DNA from: Acidimicrobiia bacterium
GTDB lineage: Bacteria > Actinomycetota > Acidimicrobiia > Acidimicrobiales > JACDCH01
Assembly (NCBI GenBank): GCA_052387955.1
Contig: JBQTIQ010000011.1
Location: 3,602-67,601, forward strand
Direction of reading: 5' to 3'
Length of the DNA: 64,000 nucleotides
In this document: positions 8,608 through 15,679 of the stretch, piece by piece
Layout of the letters: the number at the start of each line of letters is the position of its first letter
How positions within the stretch are numbered: the stretch's first letter is position 1
The notes under the pieces: model-generated
Told to the model about the DNA's origin: nothing
Seen by the model: the letters and a program-made list of their open reading frames with translations, nothing else
The model's database searches: none
Position numbers and translations under genes: made by a program

Positions 8608-9615
8608 GTGGGCGGCGGGCGTGGGACAGTGGGGGTGGTGCGCCCCGAGGACCTGCGCCCGATGAAAGCGGTCACCGGCGTGCTCCCCGACGACGAGGCC
8701 GGCTGGGCGTTCGAGATCAAGTGGGACGGCATGCGGGCGTTGGCCTTCCTGGGCGCCGGCCCGGCGCCGCCCGGCGAGACCAGCCTGCGCAGCTCCAACG
8801 ACCTGGACGCCACCGCCTCGTTCCCGGAGGTGGCGGCGCTGGCGGCGGCGACCGGGGGCCTGCCGGCGGTGCTCGACGGCGAGCTGGTGGCCTTCGACGC
8901 CGGCGGCCGGCCCAGCTTCGGTCGGCTCCAGCAGCGCATGCACGTGAGCAAGCCGGCCGAGGTCCGACTCCGGGCGGCGGAGACACCGGTCTGCTACGTC
9001 GTGTTCGACCTGCTCCACCTCGACGGCACCGACCTGACGCCCTACCCGTACCGCGACCGGCGACGACTGCTCACGGCCACGGTCTCGGACGGGCCCGGGT
9101 GGCGGGTCCCCGCGCACCATGAGGCCGACGGAGCCGCTCTGCTCGAAGCGGCCCGGGCCAGTGGGCTGGAGGGAGTGATGGCCAAGCGCGCCGACAGCCG
9201 CTACGAACCGGGCCGACGGTCGCCGGCGTGGCGCAAGGTCAAGGTGCGCCGCCGCCAGGAGCTCGTGATCGGCGGCTGGCAGCCCGGCGACGGGGCGCGA
9301 GCCGGGAAGTTGGGCTCGCTGATCGTCGGCTACTACGAGGACGGCCGGCTGCGTTACGCCGGCAAGGTCGGGACCGGGTTCAACGATCGGGAGCTCCAAC
9401 GCCTTGCCGCCGACCTCGGCTCACTGGCCACGGCGCAATGCGCCTTCGACCCACCCCCGCCGAGCCTCGTGACCCGGTCGGCGCGCTGGGTGGTGCCGTC
9501 GCTGGTGGCCGAGGTGACCTTCGGCGAGTGGACCGACGACGGCGTGTTGCGCCACCCGTCCTACGTCGGGCTGCGGGGTGACAAGGCAGCCACCGACGTC
9601 GTGCGCGAAGGTTGA
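8608..9615 (+). CDS. ATP-dependent DNA ligase (LigC / LigD ligase-domain type)
   Basis: Adenylation motif I EIKWDGMR, then LDGELV, VFDLLHLDG, EGVMAKR and the WRKVK motifs in order. The start is uncertain (GTG 8608 or slightly downstream). Confidence 0.85.
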   Translation: MGGGRGTVGVVRPEDLRPMKAVTGVLPDDEAGWAFEIKWDGMRALAFLGAGPAPPGETSLRSSNDLDATASFPEVAALAAATGGLPAVLDGELVAFDAGGRPSFGRLQQRMHVSKPAEVRLRAAETPVCYVVFDLLHLDGTDLTPYPYRDRRRLLTATVSDGPGWRVPAHHEADGAALLEAARASGLEGVMAKRADSRYEPGRRSPAWRKVKVRRRQELVIGGWQPGDGARAGKLGSLIVGYYEDGRLRYAGKVGTGFNDRELQRLAADLGSLATAQCAFDPPPPSLVTRSARWVVPSLVAEVTFGEWTDDGVLRHPSYVGLRGDKAATDVVREG

Positions 9616-9618
9616 CCC

Positions 9619-9945
9619 GTGGGGGGCGGGAGCCAGCAGGACGAGGGCGCCGACGTAGCCCAGCGCGGCCGGGCCGACGAGCACATCCGCCTGACCCTGC
9701 CGGCCGACAGCCGCTATCTCGATGTCGCCCTCGCCGCGCTGGAGACCCTCGCCGACCGGGCCGGGGTCGACAAGGACGGTGTGGCCGCGATGGGTGCCGC
9801 CGTGCGGGACCTCATGGCCGAACGGGTGCAGCGCCCTGCCTCGGCGGCCGGCGTCGTGGTTGTCTACGAGGTGGGCAAGGGCTTCCTCGGCGTGCGGTTC
9901 GAGGACGGCCGGCGCACCGACAGCGGGGCCTCGGCCACGGCGTAG
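9619..9945 (+). CDS. Hypothetical small protein (N-terminus resembles RsbW-type anti-sigma/HATPase leaders)
   Basis: GTG lies 4 nt after the ligase stop. IRLTLPADSRYLDVALAALETLADRAGV resembles the start of anti-sigma kinases, but no N/G boxes follow. The 3' end overlaps the convergent regulator gene by 82 nt. Confidence 0.4.
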   Translation: MGGGSQQDEGADVAQRGRADEHIRLTLPADSRYLDVALAALETLADRAGVDKDGVAAMGAAVRDLMAERVQRPASAAGVVVVYEVGKGFLGVRFEDGRRTDSGASATA

Positions 9946-10577
9946 GCGCAGGTGTGGGCGCCGGCCATCAGGTGCGACACGCGCTCGATGCGGGCATCGG
10001 GCAACGCCGCTCGGATGAAGTCCAGCTCGGTCCCACAAGCGCTGCCGTAGCGTTCGGCCACCGCCCGGATGGCGCAGTTGTGCTCGACGACCCGGAAGGA
10101 CCCGTCGGGCAGCTCGACGAGCTCGGCCAGGTACCCGTCCTCGTCGAGGATCCGGGTCAGCTCCCGCACCCGTTCGACGAAGGTCCGCCCGGCGAGGCGG
10201 GCCTCGGCCCGCTCCACCCGGGCCCGCCGGCGACGCTCGAAGATCTTCTCCACCAGCCCCGGGCCCTCCTCTTCGAGGTGGCTGAGGAGCTCGAGGGTCA
10301 ACTCGCCGTAAGCGCGGGGGAACAGCCCCTCGCCGCCGTCGGACAGCCGGTAGAGGTGGGAGGGACGGCCGGGCCCGTCGCGCACCTGGCGGTGCTCGAC
10401 CAGGCCGTCGGCGCTCAACGACCGCAGGTGCTGGCGTACCGCGCTCACGCTGATGCCCAGCGCCACCGCCAGCTCGTCGGAGCGGGTCTCACCGGACCGC
10501 TTGATCGTCCTCAGCAGTTCCCGACGGGTGGCGGGCAGCGTGTCGAGCGCCGCGGCCGGCGACGCCCGGCCGGTCAC
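9864..10577 (-). CDS. ArsR/DeoR-like winged-helix regulator with Cys-containing C-terminal domain
   Basis: N-terminal HTH (RRELLRTIKRSGETRSDELAVALGISVSAVRQHLRSL). C-terminal HNCAI...GSACGTE...AHTCAY carries three Cys. The start overlaps the PaaI stop (ATGA). Confidence 0.7.
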   Translation of the reverse strand: MTGRASPAAALDTLPATRRELLRTIKRSGETRSDELAVALGISVSAVRQHLRSLSADGLVEHRQVRDGPGRPSHLYRLSDGGEGLFPRAYGELTLELLSHLEEEGPGLVEKIFERRRRARVERAEARLAGRTFVERVRELTRILDEDGYLAELVELPDGSFRVVEHNCAIRAVAERYGSACGTELDFIRAALPDARIERVSHLMAGAHTCAYAVAEAPLSVRRPSSNRTPRKPLPTS

Positions 10578-11089
10578 GGCGCCCCGGCGGCGTCGCTCGG
10601 CCCCCGGAGGAAACGGCGCTCGTCGGTGCTGAGGGCCTGGCCGATGGCGTCGGCCGCCACCGCGTCGCTCAGGACCACGAAGGTCGCCTCGGTCTCGACA
10701 CAGACGTCCCCTTCGGCGTCCACCACCCGGGCAGTGGTCATGACCCGGCGGGGGGTGGTGCGGGTCACCCGGGCCTCGACCCGGTGGTCGGCGGCGCAGC
10801 GCACCGGGTGGCGGAAACGGCTCGTGGTCTCGGCGGTCACGGCGAACTTGCCGGCGATGGCGATGGCGGCCCAGGCCTGTGCTTCGTCGAGGATGGCGAG
10901 GACCAGGCCACCGTGGACATAGGAGGGCGCCCCCGAGAAGGCCTCGTCGAGGTTGAACGGCGCCACCACCATCTCGGTCTCGTCGTCATGGGCGAAGGAG
11001 ATGCGCAACCCGGCCTCGTTGCCGGCCTCGCAGACGAAGCAGTTCGACTCGAATCCCCAGACGTCGTTGCGCAGCGGGTGCAGCGCCAT
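10574..11089 (-). CDS. PaaI-family (hotdog fold) thioesterase
   Basis: 171 aa. CFVCG-like N-terminus (NCFVCEAGNEAGL) and a YVHGGLVLAILDEA block, typical of PaaI/YbgC-type thioesterases. Confidence 0.75.
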   Translation of the reverse strand: MALHPLRNDVWGFESNCFVCEAGNEAGLRISFAHDDETEMVVAPFNLDEAFSGAPSYVHGGLVLAILDEAQAWAAIAIAGKFAVTAETTSRFRHPVRCAADHRVEARVTRTTPRRVMTTARVVDAEGDVCVETEATFVVLSDAVAADAIGQALSTDERRFLRGPSDAAGAP

Positions 11090-11102
11090 CGCGGCCCTGC
11101 GC

Positions 11103-11540
11103 CTACCGGCCGGTGGAGCCGAAGCCGGCCGTACCGCGGGCCGACGGTGCGCTCGTGCCCTCGGCCACGAAGGTGGCTTGCTCGACCCGTTGGATGACCA
11201 GTTGGGCGACCCGGTCGCCTCTGCGGACCGTGTACGCCTCCGCCGGGTCGGTGTTGACCAGCAGGACCATGATCTCGTTGCGGTACCCGGCGTCGATCAG
11301 CCCGGGGGTGTTGAGGCACGTCACCCCGTGACGCAGGGCCAGCCCGCTGCGGGGCTGCACGAAGCCAGCGTAGCCGTCGGGTAGGACCAGCACCACGCCG
11401 GTGGGTACCAGGGCGCGGCCCCCGCCGAGCGCCAGCACCGCGTCGGTCCGGGCGTACAGGTCGGCGCCGGCGTCACCGGGATGGGCATAGGACGGCACGG
11501 GCAGGTCCGGGTCGAGCCGGATGATCGGTATGTCCAGCAC
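11103..11540 (-). CDS. dut: dUTP diphosphatase
   Basis: 145 aa. AGADL, RSGLA, GLIDAGYRGE-like (GLIDAGYRNEI) and C-terminal RGTAGFGSTG motifs. Confidence 0.95.
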   Translation of the reverse strand: MLDIPIIRLDPDLPVPSYAHPGDAGADLYARTDAVLALGGGRALVPTGVVLVLPDGYAGFVQPRSGLALRHGVTCLNTPGLIDAGYRNEIMVLLVNTDPAEAYTVRRGDRVAQLVIQRVEQATFVAEGTSAPSARGTAGFGSTGR

Positions 11541-11593
11541 GGGCTCAGAGTACCGAGGGCCGGCCCCGCCCCCCAGCTAGCGTGGTCGCCCGG

Positions 11594-12145
11594 ATGCTGG
11601 TGTGGATGGACCTCGAGATGACCGGGCTCGACCCAGCCCGGCACGTCATCGTCGAGATCGCCACCCTGATCACCGACGACGACCTCGATGTCGTCGCCGA
11701 AGGCCCCGACCTCGTCGTGCACCAGCCTCCCGAGGCGCTGGCGGAGATGGAGGAGGTCGTGCGGACCATGCACACCCGCAGCGGCCTCCTGCCGGCCATC
11801 GAGTCGTCGACGACGACCCTGGACGAAGCAGGGGCGCGGACGCTGGCCTTCATCGTCGAGCACGTCCCGGCGCCTCGCACCGTTCCCCTGTGCGGGAACT
11901 CGATCGGCACCGACCGCCGCTTCCTGGCCCTGCACCTGCCAGGCATCGAGCAGCACCTGCACTACCGGTCGGTCGACGTCTCCACGGTCAAGGAACTGGC
12001 TCGGCGCTGGCATCCCGAAGTGTTGGCCGACGCCCCCCAGAAGAGCAGCGCCCACCGCGCCCTCGACGACATCCGCGAGTCGGTGGCCGAACTGGCCTAC
12101 TACCGCGACCACTTCTTCCTTCCCCGTCCCGGTCCCGACGCGTAG
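11594..12145 (+). CDS. orn: Oligoribonuclease
   Basis: LVWMDLEMTGLDP...CGNSIGTDRRFL...AHRALDDIRESV are DEDDh exonuclease motifs. The track start GTG 11582 overlaps a TAGCGT -10-like hexamer, so ATG 11594 is preferred. Confidence 0.9.
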   Translation: MLVWMDLEMTGLDPARHVIVEIATLITDDDLDVVAEGPDLVVHQPPEALAEMEEVVRTMHTRSGLLPAIESSTTTLDEAGARTLAFIVEHVPAPRTVPLCGNSIGTDRRFLALHLPGIEQHLHYRSVDVSTVKELARRWHPEVLADAPQKSSAHRALDDIRESVAELAYYRDHFFLPRPGPDA

Positions 12146-12179
12146 CTCGCGCCGACGAGGCGGCCCGCGACGGGACCGG

Positions 12180-13376
12180 TCACGTCTCGATGGCGCGGCC
12201 CTTCCACGTCACCTTGCGGCGCACGACGGTCAGGTACACCGACCGGGTGAAGATGAACAGGAAGGCGACGAGGGGCAAGGGGAACAGCAACGGCGTGATC
12301 GGCCCGAAGCGCCCGACCCGGCGCAGCATCCAGGCCAACTGCGCCACGACCGCGCCGTAGGCGGTAACGGTGAACCAGGGCCCGCTCCCCGGGCCGTCTC
12401 CGGTGAGCGCGTAACCCACCGCCCACCACGCCGCCTGGATGAGCAGCGAGACCCACGCCACCACCAGCAACGTGGTCGGCACCCGGGTGGCGCCGGCGCC
12501 GCCGGCGAGGTTCTTCGACCACCCCTCCAGCAGCTGGCGCCAGCCCCGCGGGTACATGCGGAACGACACCGTCCCCCGCCCGCCGCGGCATACGACGTGC
12601 CGGCCGGCGGCGATGTAGCGCTGTGACAGGGCGACGTCGTCGAGCACCGAGGACCGCACCGCTTCGTGCCCCCCGGCGACCTCGTAGGCGTCGCGGGTCG
12701 TCACCAGGCAGGGACCGAAGGCACCCCGGGGCGCCACCGCGTCACCCCGCGGCGTGAAGGCGTCGGTCCCCATCATGGCCACCACGTTGAAGAGGGCCGA
12801 CGCCCGCTCGTAGGGCTTGACGGTGACGTGATAGGGCTGGACCGACAACAGCCCGTCGGGACAACGGTCCCGGTGTTCGGCCAGGGCCCGCCCGAGCCCT
12901 CCGGCCGCCATGGTCACGTCGGCGTCGAGGAAGACGAGCACATCGCCCCTGGCCGCGGCGGCGCCGGTCCAGCACGCCCACGCCTTGCCGGTCCACCCCG
13001 GGGGGAGCTCGGGCGCGGGGACCACGGTGGCGCCACCGGCGGCGGCGACGGTGGCGGTGGCGTCGCCGCTGTGGTCGTCCACCACCACCAGCTCGTCGCC
13101 GGCGGCGAGCTGAGGCACGACCGACCGGAGCAACGCCGGCAGGGTGCCGGCTTCGTCGCGGGCCGGTACCACGATCGAGCACGGCGGCCGGGAGGCGCCC
13201 TCGCCGTGATCCGCCGGGCGCCGGACGGCCCACAACAGCCAACACCCGGCCAGCAACCGCACGACGAGCGAGACGAGGTCACCGACCGGCACGGTCCCAT
13301 TGGATACGACCGACGCCGCCGCGGCGAGTCGGACATGGACAGCGCCGCCGCCCTCGCCACGCCAGTTCACCGACAA
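12180..13376 (-). CDS. Family-2 glycosyltransferase with C-terminal TM helices (CrtQ/CrtX-like architecture)
   Basis: SIVVPARDE...VVVDDHSGD...FLDADV are GT-A DxD features, followed by several TM helices. The start is TTG 13376 or nearby. Confidence 0.75.
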   Translation of the reverse strand: MSVNWRGEGGGAVHVRLAAAASVVSNGTVPVGDLVSLVVRLLAGCWLLWAVRRPADHGEGASRPPCSIVVPARDEAGTLPALLRSVVPQLAAGDELVVVDDHSGDATATVAAAGGATVVPAPELPPGWTGKAWACWTGAAAARGDVLVFLDADVTMAAGGLGRALAEHRDRCPDGLLSVQPYHVTVKPYERASALFNVVAMMGTDAFTPRGDAVAPRGAFGPCLVTTRDAYEVAGGHEAVRSSVLDDVALSQRYIAAGRHVVCRGGRGTVSFRMYPRGWRQLLEGWSKNLAGGAGATRVPTTLLVVAWVSLLIQAAWWAVGYALTGDGPGSGPWFTVTAYGAVVAQLAWMLRRVGRFGPITPLLFPLPLVAFLFIFTRSVYLTVVRRKVTWKGRAIET

Positions 13377-13484
13377 TTCGATTGACGCCCGCCCACCGCC
13401 CGTAGTTCGATGCCCGGGACCTCCGGATCACGGGCCCTCGGCCCGGTCCGGGCACGAACCCCGGCGAGGGAGAGAGGACCGAGC

Positions 13485-13700
13485 ATGAAGAACGGCGCTT
13501 ACCAGGTGATGGGGCTGCCCGCTCCCGCCGGCGCACCGTTCGCCCTCTCGCGTCCGCGTGCCGCCGCCGGTCGCGAGGCGGCCGTGCCCGGCCTCACCGT
13601 GGCCTGGCCCACGCCCATCGACGCCGACAAGCCGGCCACGCCGATGTTCGTCAACGGGCCTGATCACCGCACCCGACGACCTTGGGAGCCCTCGCAGTAG
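13485..13700 (+). CDS. Candidate leader uORF of whiB7 (71 codons)
   Basis: ATG 13485 lies 8 nt after GAGGGAGAGAGG. Its stop TAG (13698-13700) sits in the loop of a 9-bp hairpin, 22 nt before the terminator stem. The peptide has no recognisable domain. Confidence 0.4.
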   Translation: MKNGAYQVMGLPAPAGAPFALSRPRAAAGREAAVPGLTVAWPTPIDADKPATPMFVNGPDHRTRRPWEPSQ

Positions 13701-13722
13701 CGCTGCGAGGGAAGGACTTCCG

Positions 13723-13761
13723 AAAGGCCGTCGGGGCAACCCGACGGCCTTTCTGCTTTCT
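13723..13761 (+). terminator. Intrinsic terminator/attenuator in the whiB7 leader
   Basis: AAAGGCCGTCGGG-GCAA-CCCGACGGCCTTT forms a perfect 13-bp stem with a tetraloop, followed by CTGCTTTCT. It lies 41 nt upstream of the whiB7 ATG. Confidence 0.6.
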
Positions 13762-13801
13762 GAGCCCGAAACCGACCACGATCCAGGGGGAAGGGGACCC
13801 G

Positions 13802-14182
13802 ATGTCTGCCCCGCAGCCAACCGACACCAAGGACTTCGCCACGACCGGCGCGTTCGACCTCGTCCGCACCGATTGGTGGGCGCAGGCCCGCTGCGACGAC
13901 CAGGCCGCCACGCTCTCGGGGCTCTTCTTCAGTGAGGAGCTCCAGGACATCGCCGCCGCCAAGCGCATCTGCGCGTTGTGCCCGGTGATGGCCGACTGCC
14001 TCGAGGGCGCTCTCGAGCGGCGTGAGCCGTGGGGAGTGTGGGGCGGCCAGCTCTTCCTCCACGGCAAGGTCCTCGACGCCAAGCGCCGGCGGGGCCGCCC
14101 GCCCAAGGTGGCCCGTCCCGAGGACGAGTTCCCCGACGTCCCCGTCCCGGCCCACCTCCAGGACCGCCTCCGCACCGCCTGA
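13802..14182 (+). CDS. whiB7: WhiB7-type Fe-S transcription factor with AT-hook
   Basis: ATG 13802 after GGGGAAGGGGA. Cys pattern C...CALCPVMADC, the EPWGVWGG turn, and a C-terminal AT-hook RRRGRPPK. Confidence 0.85.
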   Translation: MSAPQPTDTKDFATTGAFDLVRTDWWAQARCDDQAATLSGLFFSEELQDIAAAKRICALCPVMADCLEGALERREPWGVWGGQLFLHGKVLDAKRRRGRPPKVARPEDEFPDVPVPAHLQDRLRTA

Positions 14183-14253
14183 CCCCGGCGCCACCCGGCC
14201 GGGGCGGGTCTCACAGCCCGGCCAGCCCCATGTGCAGGAACGGATACGGAGCC

Positions 14254-14280
14254 GTCACGGCCAGGAAACTGCCGGGCAAC
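14254..14280 (+). promoter_or_regulatory. GlnR-type box upstream of narK
   Basis: GTCAC-ggccag-GAAAC-tgccgg-GCAAC matches the actinobacterial GlnR consensus GTnAC-n6-GnAAC. It ends 24 nt before the narK ATG. Confidence 0.45.
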
Positions 14281-14303
14281 CCGGTTCGGGTGCACTCGCA
14301 GGA

Positions 14304-15515
14304 ATGCCAGCACAAGGGTTCCGCCAAGCGGGCCACCCCCCGAGCCTCATTGCCGCCCTCGTCCACTTCGACGTCTCCTTCCTGTGCTGGGTACTGCTCG
14401 GGGCATTGGGCCCCTATGTCGCCTCCGACCTGGGCCTCAACGCCACCCAGAAGGGCCTCATGGTGGCGGTGCCCCCCCTGGGCGGCGCGGCCTTCCGGCT
14501 GCTGCTAGGGCCGCTCGCCGACCGCGTCGGGATCAAGCGGCTCGGCCTGGCGACCCTCTCGCTCACGTTCATCCCCCTCGGCTGGGCCGCCGTCGCCGGA
14601 ACCTCCTACGCCGAGGTGCTTGTCATCGGGCTCCTCCTCGGCGTGGCTGGTGCCAGCTTCGCCGTGGCCCTGCCGTTGGTGAGCCGCTGGTACCCGCCCG
14701 AACACCAGGGCCTCGCCCTCGGCATTGCCGGCGCCGGCAACTCCGGGACCGTGATCGCGGCGCTGGCCGCCCCCCGGTTGGCCGAGCACGTCGGCTGGCA
14801 CGGGACCTTCGCCCTGGCCATGGTCCCGGTGACCCTGGCCTGGGTCACGTTCGCGGCCCTGGCCAAGGAGCCGCCCAAACCGGTCGGTGGCCCGCCCGCC
14901 GGCAGCGTCTTCTCGCTGCTGCGCAGCAACGATCCCCGCTGGCTGTGCTCGTTCTACCTGGTCACCTTCGGCACCTTCGTCGGCCTGTCGGGGTACATGC
15001 CGATCTTCTTCGTCGACCGGTTCGGCCTGGCCAAGGTGACGGCCGGCGCCTTCGCCGCCCTGTGCGCGGTGGCCGGGTCGTTCCTGCGCCCGCTGGGCGG
15101 ATGGCTCTCGGACCGCTTCGGCGGGACGCTGGTCCTGGCCTCGGTGCTGGGCCTGGCCGCGGTGTTGGCCGGCGTGCTCACGACGTTGCCCGGCCTGGGC
15201 CTCACCGTGGCCCTGCTCTTCACCATGCTGGGCCTGCTGGGCATGGGCAACGGCGCCGTGTTCCAGCTCGTGGGCAGCCGGGTGCCCGAACGGGTCGGGG
15301 CCATGACCGGCCTGGTCGGCGCCGCCGGCGGCCTCGGCGGCTTCGCCCTTCCCTTCGCCTTCGGGGCCCTGGCCTCGGCGACGGGCACCTTCGCCACCGG
15401 CTATACGGTCCTGGCCCTCGCCACCACCGCCGCCGCCATCGCCGTCGGCAGCCGTGACCGCCACTGGCGAGTACCGGCCGGTGCCACCTCCAGGACACTC
15501 GAGCCCGCTCGATGA
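14304..15515 (+). CDS. narK: MFS nitrate/nitrite transporter NarK/NasA-type
   Basis: Trimmed to ATG 14304. 12-TM MFS protein with NarK-type Gly-rich motifs (GAGNSG, GAAGGLGGF). Precedes nirBD. Confidence 0.85.
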   Translation: MPAQGFRQAGHPPSLIAALVHFDVSFLCWVLLGALGPYVASDLGLNATQKGLMVAVPPLGGAAFRLLLGPLADRVGIKRLGLATLSLTFIPLGWAAVAGTSYAEVLVIGLLLGVAGASFAVALPLVSRWYPPEHQGLALGIAGAGNSGTVIAALAAPRLAEHVGWHGTFALAMVPVTLAWVTFAALAKEPPKPVGGPPAGSVFSLLRSNDPRWLCSFYLVTFGTFVGLSGYMPIFFVDRFGLAKVTAGAFAALCAVAGSFLRPLGGWLSDRFGGTLVLASVLGLAAVLAGVLTTLPGLGLTVALLFTMLGLLGMGNGAVFQLVGSRVPERVGAMTGLVGAAGGLGGFALPFAFGALASATGTFATGYTVLALATTAAAIAVGSRDRHWRVPAGATSRTLEPAR

Positions 15516-15679
15516 CCGCGGCCCTCATCGACGCCCGAGCCGCCGTGACCGTTCCTGCTCGGGGGCTGCGCCCCCGGAGCCCTATCGTCGCCCGGCTCGC
15601 TGGCGCTCGCTCGGTCGACCGGTCACCCGTGGGCCTCTCGCCAGTTGGTGCACCAGTGACCGCCATCGAGGCGGTCTAG

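Noticed and set aside
15516-15679. Riboswitch or independent GlnR-controlled promoter between narK and nirB.
   Set aside because: I found only a GC hairpin and repeat-like CT/GC fragments. There is no GTnAC-n6-GnAAC match and no recognisable riboswitch core.
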